Below are positions 1 to 9,751 of a DNA stretch of 47,994 bases, piece after piece. The stretch lies in IMG/VR virus record IMGVR_UViG_3300033067_001069, positions 1 to 47,994 of that record, one strand, 5' to 3'. This DNA comes from a virus (taxonomy: Duplodnaviria > Caudoviricetes). Each line of letters opens with the position of its first letter. Within the stretch, counting starts at the first letter, position 1. Both the position numbers and the translations under genes were made by a program. Under the pieces are notes generated by a model. That model saw only the letters and a program-made list of their open reading frames with translations. It was not told the origin of the DNA and did not search any database.

Positions 1-76
1 AGTCATTATTTGCGTGGTCATAAACACTCACTTCATGTTTCGGACATACATCAACACTACGATAGTAATTTATCAT
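1..76 (-). CDS. hypothetical protein, N-terminal part (runs off the window)
   Basis: ATG at 76 overlaps the end of the upstream gene; frame open to the window edge (MINYYRSVDVCPKHEVSVYDHANND). Confidence 0.5.
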   Translation of the reverse strand, partial: MINYYRSVDVCPKHEVSVYDHANND

Positions 77-1157
77 AAATCAAAAGGTCTCCTGACTTCT
101 TTATTTCCTCTAGAAAAGTTATTATATCAGATACGTTTCCATACGTTAAAGCATGATGACATGGTATATATATCTCAGTTTCGTCTATATAATCAGTAGT
201 AAGTAATGTACCACCAGTAAATCCAAAATGTCCAGATATATTTTTATCCATTTTTCTAGCTGGAATACCAAGTTTATTAGCTTTCTTAATCCATTCATTT
301 GAATTTTTTACATTCATCCCATAAAGCCATCGTGAATGTTCTAATGGCATATAGGAATCAGTGATTCCTAAAGAGCTATTATACATAGCAGATATTTTAC
401 ATCTAGAATCCCAATTCTTATCAAAATCTTCGATATTTCCTCGAAGAATTGCAGCATTAAGGTCATTCATATTATATTTATAACCATAACACTCAACTTG
501 CATTCTTCTTTCTCCGGTTTCAGAGAATGTCATTTTATCTTTATTAATTCCAAACCATCTATAAGCTCTAGCCTTTAGATTATCTTTCATATACCTTGAG
601 GCAATTATACCACCGTCCCCGCATGATAAAGGCTTTATAGCTTGGAAACTATAACATCGGAAATCAACATATGATGCGCCCAAATCATATGTACCAAATG
701 CGTGAGCAGCATCTTCAATAGTGTATACATTGTATTTTTTCTTTATTCTTGCTAGTTCTTTTAGACAAGATAGGCCGCCCCAAGATACACCGATAACAGC
801 AGCAGTATCTGAATCTATCAAATGCTCAACTGTTTCAAGTGTTATGTTTTTACTATCAAATGCCACGTCAGCAAATATTGGAATACCACCAGCCATTTTT
901 ACTGCCATTCCAGTAGCTATAAATGTTTTCGCCGGAAGAATAACTTTCTTTCCTCTAACATTAGCAATTTCTAAAGCGATATGAAGAGCGGCAGTACAAC
1001 TATTTGTTAGGGTCGGATAATATGTATATGTGTATTTTGGTAATATACTCTCCTCTAATTCCTTAACATATTTACCTTGATTTAGGTAGCCACTATCTAA
1101 AACATCATTAGCATATTTTTTAGCAGATAGACTCACATCTGTATTATAAAACTCCAT
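57..1157 (-). CDS. DegT/DnrJ/EryC1/StrS family PLP-dependent sugar aminotransferase
   Basis: Motifs NSCTAALHIAL, IEDAAHAFG, SFQAIKPLSCGDGG (PLP Lys), GYKYNMNDLNAA. Confidence 0.9.
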   Translation of the reverse strand: MEFYNTDVSLSAKKYANDVLDSGYLNQGKYVKELEESILPKYTYTYYPTLTNSCTAALHIALEIANVRGKKVILPAKTFIATGMAVKMAGGIPIFADVAFDSKNITLETVEHLIDSDTAAVIGVSWGGLSCLKELARIKKKYNVYTIEDAAHAFGTYDLGASYVDFRCYSFQAIKPLSCGDGGIIASRYMKDNLKARAYRWFGINKDKMTFSETGERRMQVECYGYKYNMNDLNAAILRGNIEDFDKNWDSRCKISAMYNSSLGITDSYMPLEHSRWLYGMNVKNSNEWIKKANKLGIPARKMDKNISGHFGFTGGTLLTTDYIDETEIYIPCHHALTYGNVSDIITFLEEIKKSGDLLIYDKLLS

Positions 1158-2088
1158 ATTTTTTACAAACCTTATATAGTTGTTCTTCTATTGTATTGTT
1201 GGAAAGCCAAGCTAATTGTTTATTAAGAATGTCAACCCTATTCTTTATAGCAAATTCCATTGTTGGTTTAATAGAAGAAAAATCAGTGTAGTCATAATAT
1301 GGAACTACTGTTCCGTAGGCTCCCATGACTTGCGGATAATTATCATATAATAGGGGCGCTCCTAAACAGGGGCCCAGCCAATCCCTAAAACCCTTCATGC
1401 CCCGAATTATCGGGTTGTTATGAGATGTTGTGCCCAACGTACACTTAGACTGAATATAGTGTGTGAATAGACGGTGTAAATCATTATCTTCGTGACCGCA
1501 ACCACCGCCCATCGTAAGCCGAATATTATTGTCCGCCAAATACTTCTTTAATTCCGTGCGGTATGGGCCAGAGAATATAGCGACGCAAATTAAGTCATAG
1601 AACTCAACTTGCTCCCGGCGGCCATTAAAAACGTCTTCCACATATACAGAGTAGAATGATTCGGCTTTATCCATAAGCCACTTTGAAGAAGTCCACAGCC
1701 ATTTTTCTCCTATTAATCCATACTTCTTCTTATAATATTCTACTGCCTCGTCTTCAACATCTAGTAGAATATCTACATACTTATAATCTAATTGTTCATT
1801 TCCGAGATGCTTCTTGTATATTATAGCGTCAGAAGATAGTGCTATAAATACACTATTTGGGAATATCCCCTTCATTTTACCCATTGAATAGCCAGCGTGC
1901 TGTGGGGTGCCAGCCTCGAAGATAAAAATAGTTTGTTCATTAGTTCCTTGTATGCGGTTTTGAAGGAAATCTTCACGGTCATAAACCGTAGTTGGAAGAT
2001 TAACAAGTCTACCAAACTCCTCTATCCCCTTACCGATAGTCGTCCAAATACAGGATACGTTCTTATTAGTTGTCCCTACAATCCTCAT
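1144..2088 (-). CDS. hypothetical protein, possibly GT-B/CgeB-like glycosyltransferase
   Basis: 314 aa ORF coupled to neighbours in the sugar cluster; weak resemblance only. Confidence 0.5.
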   Translation of the reverse strand: MRIVGTTNKNVSCIWTTIGKGIEEFGRLVNLPTTVYDREDFLQNRIQGTNEQTIFIFEAGTPQHAGYSMGKMKGIFPNSVFIALSSDAIIYKKHLGNEQLDYKYVDILLDVEDEAVEYYKKKYGLIGEKWLWTSSKWLMDKAESFYSVYVEDVFNGRREQVEFYDLICVAIFSGPYRTELKKYLADNNIRLTMGGGCGHEDNDLHRLFTHYIQSKCTLGTTSHNNPIIRGMKGFRDWLGPCLGAPLLYDNYPQVMGAYGTVVPYYDYTDFSSIKPTMEFAIKNRVDILNKQLAWLSNNTIEEQLYKVCKKYGVL

Positions 2089-2810
2089 ATTTTGTCCCTC
2101 TTTGGTTTACTTAGATGGTGACCCTCTACAAACGAATGTCCATCCAACTGGATTATGGACGCTGGATATACGGCATAGGCATTTATATGGCCAGTTTCTT
2201 GTAGTCTTCCAGCAATCGCATCAAATGGTCCAACTGGTGGAACATTCAATAATCTAATAACCGTATCGTAACTCAACAATACGCCATGGAAACCTGCCCC
2301 ACCTTTGAATCTATATAAAGTTGTATCTTCATATGTAATACTATCATTTAGGTCCAAATGTCCGTTTGAATACCATCCAAAATATACCATATCTGGGTCT
2401 TTAGCCTTAGTTACACCATGAAAGAAGTTTCTTATCTGCTTCTTAAATTCCTCTTCATATATGAATGAGTCATCCTCAATTAGGAGTAAGTGGCTTGCTT
2501 TAGTTGAATCTGTATGATGGTCACGAATAAAATCTCTCATCATGTTCCTATGACACTTCCATGCATTATATGCATTCGGCCGCTTATGCCAAGTTTCATA
2601 TGTTGTACTGCCTGGAAGTTTTGGTGGTAGCTCAGTACTATCTATATAGTCGTGATTCCATAGTGTCGAACATGATATTGATTCATGTATCGAGACAGCT
2701 TTAAAAATACTAGCTTCAATACCAAGAGAATAAAGTTGTTTAGATAATAAATATGCGTTTTCTATTCTAGACGGAATACTAAGTATTTTTGCCTCTACTT
2801 GATGAAACAT
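2085..2810 (-). CDS. glycosyltransferase family 25-like protein
   Basis: N-terminal ILSIPSR..FKAV, CH motif, LLIEDD, MVYFG typical of GT25. Confidence 0.7.
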   Translation of the reverse strand: MFHQVEAKILSIPSRIENAYLLSKQLYSLGIEASIFKAVSIHESISCSTLWNHDYIDSTELPPKLPGSTTYETWHKRPNAYNAWKCHRNMMRDFIRDHHTDSTKASHLLLIEDDSFIYEEEFKKQIRNFFHGVTKAKDPDMVYFGWYSNGHLDLNDSITYEDTTLYRFKGGAGFHGVLLSYDTVIRLLNVPPVGPFDAIAGRLQETGHINAYAVYPASIIQLDGHSFVEGHHLSKPKRDKI

Positions 2811-3670
2811 TATCGTCCCTCCTGTAATGCATCTAAAATAGCATGTTGCGATAGTGATGGCGCATATCCATAATATTTTGTTGGGATTGGAGATAATATT
2901 TTATTATCACCCTTCCATACTTTAGAAGTGTCCCACACAATATCCTTGTTTATATTATAATATGCCATAACAATATTAAGTACAGAAAGTACGCTAAGAT
3001 TATTAACTGGGCATATATTCATAATTGGATGAGCGTGTCTATTTTTTTTCCAATTATCATCCATATCCTTAGATATCTCCCATGCTAAAATCCACATAAT
3101 TTCATCAACATGAATATATGGCTTTATACTTCCGGGAGAAGCACCGAATAATATAATTGGATTATCGCCTTCTGTTACCTTATGAATTAGGTCTTTTAAT
3201 AGACCATGTGTCATATTTGGGCCGACAGTTGCACATAATCGAAGAGTCCATAGTTGGAAATCCCCCCTATCCTTATAGGAATTTAGGAGAAGTTCACAAG
3301 CTGCCTTACTAATCCCGTATGGAGAAGTTGGACGCATAGGCGTGTCAACTGACGCGTTTTCCTGGTCGCCATAAACAGTGACGGAAGATAAAAAGATAAA
3401 TAGGCAGTTCTTCGGTGTGTGTTCGGCCAAATTATAAGTCATAACTAGATTATCACAGCATCCAGACATACCAGCATTTCCAGCAGACTTAGCCGCGCAA
3501 TGAATAATATAATCTGGCTGAATTTCTTCCAGCTTCTTACGAACATTTTCCTTATCCAGCAGATTCCCAGTAAATGTTATAATTTCACAACTCGGAATAT
3601 TTCTTTCTAAATTTTCCACTAAATATTTACCAATAAATCCATGCGCCCCAGTAATCAACACCTTTTTCAT
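2810..3670 (-). CDS. NAD-dependent epimerase/dehydratase
   Basis: ITGAHGFIG Rossmann motif, SSVTVYG, YGISK catalytic YxxxK. Confidence 0.9.
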   Translation of the reverse strand: MKKVLITGAHGFIGKYLVENLERNIPSCEIITFTGNLLDKENVRKKLEEIQPDYIIHCAAKSAGNAGMSGCCDNLVMTYNLAEHTPKNCLFIFLSSVTVYGDQENASVDTPMRPTSPYGISKAACELLLNSYKDRGDFQLWTLRLCATVGPNMTHGLLKDLIHKVTEGDNPIILFGASPGSIKPYIHVDEIMWILAWEISKDMDDNWKKNRHAHPIMNICPVNNLSVLSVLNIVMAYYNINKDIVWDTSKVWKGDNKILSPIPTKYYGYAPSLSQHAILDALQEGR

Positions 3671-4698
3671 CTTACAAACTCCCTATATCTAGATAGACAT
3701 TCATCAGCCTCATCCTCAAGTCCTAACGTGTTAAACATCTGGGCAACCCTATGAAAATAGGTATGGTTTTCCATGACTACTTTATATCCACGTTCAACGT
3801 ACTCAGTACGAGCGTCTGGATTATCTAAGAAATACTGTATTTTTGCCCGGAAATCTTCCGGCGACGTAGTATATACAATCCCATCAGGAATTAGCTTCAC
3901 GAGCCCTTCCACATAATCCGACACAACAAAGCATTTATTGGAAAGAAGTTTAAAAGGCCGCTCAATAATATCATAGCCATACTTCTGACTATGTGGCTCG
4001 TGGAGATTTGGACATATCTTCGCAGAGGCGAGCGCCGTAGCTGTATACTTTTCTTCTATTAACCCACAGTATTGTGGAACAGGCCATTTAGCATTTCCGA
4101 AGATTTTAATATTCATGTCGGATTTACACAGTGGAAGTAAATACTTATCCAACACCTTAGCCTTATAAGGCCAATACCCACCAATAAAGGTAAGGTCTGA
4201 AGCAAATCTTTTATCCGGTTTTCCACCGTGGAATTCAAAGATGTCTGCCCCTGAAAGTTGGGAAACGGCCGGAATTCCATTCTTAATCCATTCGGAATGT
4301 GTTTTTGGAACCCAGTCTTCATGATAGTGAATTTCTACATAGTTTGGCTTATTTGTTTGCTCTTTTAGCCTAATGAGCATTTCCTTTTCATCATCCCTAG
4401 CTACCAATACTGGAAATTCCCCCAAATCAATAGCAATATTTCCCCAATCGGAAGCCTTCATAACTACTTTTAGGTGTGGTCTATCTTTAATCGCTTGGAA
4501 TAGAACCCTATCAACGTTGTAGGTTTGTCCTATGAAAATTGTTGGTTCAAAATTATCAAATGCATCATTAACTGATTTCTTTGAAATATCCCATAAAACA
4601 ACTGAATGCCCTAATGCAGCTAGTACACGGGCATATCCTAAGCGTATGAAATAATGAGCGCCGTAATTATCGCTAGATATTAGAATCTTATGTTTCAT
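3667..4698 (-). CDS. CgeB-like (GT-B) glycosyltransferase
   Basis: DLTFIGG, KICPNLH, ERPFKL, HTYFHR C-terminal pattern of the CgeB/Glyco_trans_1_2 family. Confidence 0.75.
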   Translation of the reverse strand: MKHKILISSDNYGAHYFIRLGYARVLAALGHSVVLWDISKKSVNDAFDNFEPTIFIGQTYNVDRVLFQAIKDRPHLKVVMKASDWGNIAIDLGEFPVLVARDDEKEMLIRLKEQTNKPNYVEIHYHEDWVPKTHSEWIKNGIPAVSQLSGADIFEFHGGKPDKRFASDLTFIGGYWPYKAKVLDKYLLPLCKSDMNIKIFGNAKWPVPQYCGLIEEKYTATALASAKICPNLHEPHSQKYGYDIIERPFKLLSNKCFVVSDYVEGLVKLIPDGIVYTTSPEDFRAKIQYFLDNPDARTEYVERGYKVVMENHTYFHRVAQMFNTLGLEDEADECLSRYREFVR

Positions 4699-5012
4699 GA
4701 AAAATTCCTCGCAACTTGTTTACACATTTCTATAAATTTATCTTGGTCTACGTCTCTTTTTAGGATATTTATAGTTTTATGTACCCACTGAATATTATTA
4801 ATAATATAACCTTTATCACTATTTATTCTATCTAGAGATGCTGTCTGTAATTTCTTATAATCTCTGTAATTTGATGTAAAAGTTAATTCTACATTTGTAA
4901 GAGCGCATCTTTTGTCTTGTTTAAGAAACAAATTCCATAATTCTTCAAGAGTTACTGAAAACTCTAATCGTTGGTTCATTAAGTCTAATTTATTCCATAC
5001 GCTGCGTTTCAT
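4695..5012 (-). CDS. HNH-like endonuclease, probably N-terminally truncated
   Basis: CALT..SLDRINSDKGYIINNIQWVHKTINILK motif typical of phage HNH-like endonucleases; ATG at 5012 preferred to the 5099 start. Confidence 0.6.
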   Translation of the reverse strand: MKRSVWNKLDLMNQRLEFSVTLEELWNLFLKQDKRCALTNVELTFTSNYRDYKKLQTASLDRINSDKGYIINNIQWVHKTINILKRDVDQDKFIEMCKQVARNFS

Positions 5013-5724
5013 TTTTAATCTTCTCAAAATCCCTGGATGTCTCCACCCTATATATAACCTTAGATAATGTTCTTTCCGCCGGAATGTGCTTCCTATCAAC
5101 TAGGGAATTAAACACCTCAAAAAGTAATTGCTTCTTTCTATTCTTATCGGCCAACAACTTCTTAAAATATTCTAAGTCATCACCAACTAATTGTGCTATA
5201 TGACACCATTTAGCTTTATGCTGAAAGCTGAATACAGTTGTGTTTCCATCAATAACTAACATACCTACTTCGTCATCTGGGAGCCTATCAGATTCATCAT
5301 ATATGAAGCATGACGATTTTATTTTTTGTAAGTGTTGGATAGCTACTAAATCAAAATATACATCAGAATCTATGAGGATAACTTTCTCGGTAACGCTAGC
5401 ATTTAGCGCTAATCGTGCATATTCGGCATTATTAGTAGTTTCCCAAAGTTGATTTTCAACTATCTTCAATTTATATGGCTTATTTCTTACAATCTTATCT
5501 GCATCTTGACCAACAGATAATATTATTTCCGATGTTGGGAATACATTTCTTATCGTTTGAATCTGGTAGTCAATAAACGTTCTACCACAATTTAATTTTA
5601 ATAGCTCACGTGGCCCATAAGATTTCATCTTATAGTTCATACTTGATATTAAAATTATAGATATGTCCGTGTTTTCATTTTTTTCCGGACGTACTTTAGC
5701 TATATAATTATTTATTCTTGGCAT
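4990..5724 (-). CDS. sugar/choline-phosphate nucleotidyltransferase-like protein (LicC-like)
   Basis: IILISS..MKSYGPRELL, TNNAEY, IDSDVYF; start M12 (5724) preferred. Confidence 0.7.
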   Translation of the reverse strand: MPRINNYIAKVRPEKNENTDISIILISSMNYKMKSYGPRELLKLNCGRTFIDYQIQTIRNVFPTSEIILSVGQDADKIVRNKPYKLKIVENQLWETTNNAEYARLALNASVTEKVILIDSDVYFDLVAIQHLQKIKSSCFIYDESDRLPDDEVGMLVIDGNTTVFSFQHKAKWCHIAQLVGDDLEYFKKLLADKNRKKQLLFEVFNSLVDRKHIPAERTLSKVIYRVETSRDFEKIKNETQRME

Positions 5725-6457
5725 GTACTCTAGTCCAGTTTCTGTGCCATACTTCATTATTAACTGTTAATGAACTGTTTCTTGGTTGTACTCTTACGAA
5801 AGATAGAACTTCTGGTAAATGAACTATCATAAATTTCTTTGAAATTCTCATCCAAAGGTCATAATCCTCACAAGTACGCATAGTATTATCAAAATACCCA
5901 AACTCATCCTTAACAGCTTTTAAGGCTTCAGCCGTAACACAACTATTGGAGTGAACGATACACTCTTCTTTAAGACGCGATGCACTATATGGCTCTCTAT
6001 ATTGAATACATTCTTCGCCAGTTACCGTATTATACGTAATATGGTCAGCGTAAACTACCCCAATTTCATCAGGAGAAATTTGGATTGTTTCTACCATACG
6101 TTGGACTTTTGTTGGTAGCATCTCATCATCAGCATCTAAAATAGCGTAAACATCTGTGCTATTTAGAGTTAGGTCTATCCCTATATTACGAAGATGTGAT
6201 GGGAATGTATTCTCGGATTTAATAGAGAAAAAGATGTGTTCGGCCGCTCGATACAGGGCGTATCCATCGCCATACTCGGCGCTCATATCTATGGGGCCGC
6301 CGAATCCACGCTTTATAGAGTCGATTAACTTTCTATCGTCGTTAGATGCATCAACAACACATATTCGGTTTTTATATGTTTGATTTAGGGCCGACCTTAT
6401 AGCGTGAGGAAGATACTCAAAGTAATCCTTATGGGCTATTAGTGTTGTAACTCGCAT
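5708..6457 (-). CDS. glycosyltransferase family 2
   Basis: SALNQTY, VVDAS, RNIGI, ILDADD (DxD), EDYDLWMR. Confidence 0.9.
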   Translation of the reverse strand: MRVTTLIAHKDYFEYLPHAIRSALNQTYKNRICVVDASNDDRKLIDSIKRGFGGPIDMSAEYGDGYALYRAAEHIFFSIKSENTFPSHLRNIGIDLTLNSTDVYAILDADDEMLPTKVQRMVETIQISPDEIGVVYADHITYNTVTGEECIQYREPYSASRLKEECIVHSNSCVTAEALKAVKDEFGYFDNTMRTCEDYDLWMRISKKFMIVHLPEVLSFVRVQPRNSSLTVNNEVWHRNWTRVHAKNK

Positions 6458-7166
6458 AGTATGCCTCCGTATTATTTTGATAGGCGGCCGCCTCTTTTAT
6501 TTTTTCATATATTGGCATATTTGCGTTACCATGAAAAAGGCGGTGAATCAGGGTATTTACTGTTAGGCCGTTAAAGGATAAATGTTCAGACTGCAAGCAT
6601 GTGATACCAATTAAATCGGCATTGACTAATTTGTTAAAAAGTTGAAGGTGTGCGGCCTGAAATTCCTTACAATCCCATACTGTATAGTATGTAGTTTTTA
6701 CATTCTTTACAGCGTCATCAATCGCCCCCATAATGTTTAATCTATCAATCGGCACCATTAACTTATATGAATTATTTACCGCCAATAACATACTAATATC
6801 TGGATTCCAGCCAAGAAGGATAAATATCCCAGGAATAGTTGGGTCATATACATTTAATTCAAAGGCTCTATTCACAACCTCAATCATTGTTTTACAGAGG
6901 AAGATTTGGGTCGGGCGGAGGGTTAATTCCGCGTCGACGCGGGCAATCTCTTCTTCCACACTTTCTTTTTCTCTATTAATCCGCTTTGCGGCACAGACAG
7001 TATTTATTACTGGGTAAGTGTCTATTGACATTAGTCCCCGGTTTTTATATTTAGGTAGTCTATCGTGAAAAAGACATTCGCCGTCGCCATGTGGTATTTC
7101 ATAGGGGAAAAAGAATATACAATCCTTACATTCCGTAATAAAATCTACTGTCTTTCCATCTTCCAT
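6429..7166 (-). CDS. hypothetical protein (N-terminal CxxC)
   Basis: ATG at 7166 overlaps the upstream stop; no family recognised. Confidence 0.6.
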   Translation of the reverse strand: MEDGKTVDFITECKDCIFFFPYEIPHGDGECLFHDRLPKYKNRGLMSIDTYPVINTVCAAKRINREKESVEEEIARVDAELTLRPTQIFLCKTMIEVVNRAFELNVYDPTIPGIFILLGWNPDISMLLAVNNSYKLMVPIDRLNIMGAIDDAVKNVKTTYYTVWDCKEFQAAHLQLFNKLVNADLIGITCLQSEHLSFNGLTVNTLIHRLFHGNANMPIYEKIKEAAAYQNNTEAYYASYNTNSP

Positions 7167-7651
7167 TATAATCTCTCCCCAGAAATACAATATACGCAAC
7201 TATCAAGTTTTATACTTGTAATATTTATATCAAAACTTTTAAGAATATCTCTTACTCTTCTCATAGAGTGACATCCATTTTTAAATGCCCAAGGATTGTC
7301 TTGACTACCAAACAATAATTGATTTGCCTCTTGTTCAGTAATCTCATCATTATATCTCATACGGACTACTTCAGTAATATCCAACCCTCTAAGATGTATT
7401 TTACCATATTTTCGTAATTTACTACATACGTATGATAGGAATTCCTCAAGTTGATGGGACGCAACATATTCCAGGACTTCATCTAGAAATATTTCCGTAC
7501 ATTCTGACTTCTTACTAACATCAAAAAACTCCATAGTTCTGAAATCAAGTGGACGTACTATAAGTCCACCAATAGTATCATCCTTTGGAATTGGGTCAAT
7601 ATTAACATATCCACTCTGTGGAATTTTACCAACACTTAATCGTAATCTCAT
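7166..7651 (-). CDS. SAM-dependent methyltransferase-like protein
   Basis: LSVG..GYVNID, EVLEY, LRKYGKI resemble methyltransferases of phage glycan clusters. Confidence 0.6.
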   Translation of the reverse strand: MRLRLSVGKIPQSGYVNIDPIPKDDTIGGLIVRPLDFRTMEFFDVSKKSECTEIFLDEVLEYVASHQLEEFLSYVCSKLRKYGKIHLRGLDITEVVRMRYNDEITEQEANQLLFGSQDNPWAFKNGCHSMRRVRDILKSFDINITSIKLDSCVYCISGERL

Positions 7652-7652
7652 A

Positions 7653-8663
7653 TTAACCCCCTATATATGGTAAATTTGCCGCGATATTAAAAACCCTATT
7701 CCAGGAATCTAAGAATTTACTCTTACTAAATGAATTTTGAATTGTCTGTCTTGCATTATATCCAAGTTCTGCACATTTTTGTGGATTTTGAAGAAGGTCT
7801 ACGATAATCTTTCTTAACTCCCCTTCATCATTAGATATAAATCCATTAACTCCATTCTCAATAATCTCTGGAATCATACAGGTTGCAGTACTAACAACTG
7901 CACAGCCGCAAGCCATAGCTTCTAAAAGTGCTGTTGGAATTGGACTTACAGTTGAAGTGTTCAGGAATATAAGACTATTCCCATATTCACTTACTAGTTC
8001 TGGTACGGAGGCGGCTGGCTTTGATAAGCCTGGAGTATCCCCAACTACTCTTACTGGTAGTCCTTGAGTAATTCTTTGCCATCCTTTGAAATTGCAAAAT
8101 ACATCTCTATTTACCCAATCATTAACTACTGAAAGGATATGGGGAGTTCTAGTATTATTCCCAGGTACAAATACATCCGTATCGACCATATGATGTACGA
8201 CACATACGGATGGATGCCTATCATTATATCCCCATTGATTAATAGAAAAAGAAGAAATAAATACATTAATGTCCCCATTATACCTCTTCAAGTCCTGAAT
8301 TACTTCCGGCGGCCATCCTGGCATTGGGAGAGTATGTTCTAAAGAGATTAGAGGAATATGGAGCCTGTCGGCTAATTGCTTCAATATCTGATACTGGCCG
8401 AACTTGTTTTGCGATAGAGCAAAGTCAAAGTGAATATGAGTTGGTAGCTGGGCGGCTACTAAACTTTTATCCAATAGTGTATAATTACTTGGGAGCGGAG
8501 CATACGTAGTATTCCAGTCCTTAATTCCATCAGCACGAACTGCGTAAAAGTTATGACCTGTCATTGCTAGGCCAGTCTCATATCGTTCATGGGTTGGTGC
8601 GCATAATATGTTGTATTTTTCGCGTGGCTGACTACGACCTAAAATTGCTGTCATTGGGTTCAT
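7653..8663 (-). CDS. glycosyltransferase family 4
   Basis: PTALLEAMACGCAVVST, EIIENGVNGF GT-B signature. Confidence 0.9.
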   Translation of the reverse strand: MNPMTAILGRSQPREKYNILCAPTHERYETGLAMTGHNFYAVRADGIKDWNTTYAPLPSNYTLLDKSLVAAQLPTHIHFDFALSQNKFGQYQILKQLADRLHIPLISLEHTLPMPGWPPEVIQDLKRYNGDINVFISSFSINQWGYNDRHPSVCVVHHMVDTDVFVPGNNTRTPHILSVVNDWVNRDVFCNFKGWQRITQGLPVRVVGDTPGLSKPAASVPELVSEYGNSLIFLNTSTVSPIPTALLEAMACGCAVVSTATCMIPEIIENGVNGFISNDEGELRKIIVDLLQNPQKCAELGYNARQTIQNSFSKSKFLDSWNRVFNIAANLPYIGG

Positions 8664-9751
8664 GATAATTCCTCTAATGCGTGTAAAATATTTTTTCCAA
8701 CAGATTCATAAGATGAACATTTCGGTTGTCTTTTTTCCCGGCTCAAATTGTAAGAATCTCTCATACAATCTCCTACATCGCCGACATTAGGCACCCACCA
8801 TTTTTCTCTAGCGGTTCCAAAGCCTGGAAATGTTTTTTCCGCAGCAACCATAGGTTGTAGTGATACTTGAAAAGTTCTAACATCTCCGTAGAAAGGAAGC
8901 ATTTCAAACGGCCCATAATTAGGAACAACTAACTTATTACCCATAATTAACGCTTCATGGGCTGGAATACAGCAGGCTTCGCCAAAAGACGTAGTAATAA
9001 AACAATCACCAGTCTTATGTAACCTCAGTAAATCCTCCCGAGGAACATGCATTGGAATAATTACCTCATTATGGTAATCATTAAGATTGTTATATAGGCC
9101 AAGACTACTCTTAATTTCATTACAGAACTTATTGACGGTCGAGCCTAATTCATTGGGTGATACCCCCGGCTTGTTCACTTTAAGGACAAGTGCAACATCT
9201 TCATTATTCGAGAATGTTGTATGAAAAGCGCGTAGGAGCGCCCCTACATTTTTTCTTCTATTAAACTCCCCAATAAAGTAGAATACGAATTTACCCTTTA
9301 ATTCCGGAATATCCAGTGGCTCTCTATCTCTTAATAATTCTTCTGTATCGAAGGCGTGTGGAATTATGAATGTTCGTGGGGTCAACTCACTTATATCCAA
9401 CATACTTGATGGAAGACATGGAAAGAATATAGCGTCCATCATATTAATACGTTGATGCCAAGATGTATGTTTCAGTCCATATGATTCCACAACAAATTGT
9501 CCTATACACGCTTTGAAGGCTGATGACCACTCAAAGTGGTGTGGAAGAACATTTTGTATACAGAAGTCGTACTTGGAATATGATTTTCTTTCCAACTCTA
9601 GGATTCTATCTGGAAGTTTGGCATTATTTTGATATATGATAGGACGACACGCCACATCAATACCAACTTTATCCATAGCAAGGATATAATTCCTAGCTGC
9701 TTCTCCCCATCCGCTATTTTCTCTGTAATGAGCTACGTAAAGTACTTTCAC
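8660..9751 (-). CDS. glycosyltransferase family 4
   Basis: SGWGEAARNY, RKNVGALL, SFGEACCIPAHEA; GTG start at 9751 with GGGAG RBS. Confidence 0.85.
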   Translation of the reverse strand: MKVLYVAHYRENSGWGEAARNYILAMDKVGIDVACRPIIYQNNAKLPDRILELERKSYSKYDFCIQNVLPHHFEWSSAFKACIGQFVVESYGLKHTSWHQRINMMDAIFFPCLPSSMLDISELTPRTFIIPHAFDTEELLRDREPLDIPELKGKFVFYFIGEFNRRKNVGALLRAFHTTFSNNEDVALVLKVNKPGVSPNELGSTVNKFCNEIKSSLGLYNNLNDYHNEVIIPMHVPREDLLRLHKTGDCFITTSFGEACCIPAHEALIMGNKLVVPNYGPFEMLPFYGDVRTFQVSLQPMVAAEKTFPGFGTAREKWWVPNVGDVGDCMRDSYNLSREKRQPKCSSYESVGKNILHALEELS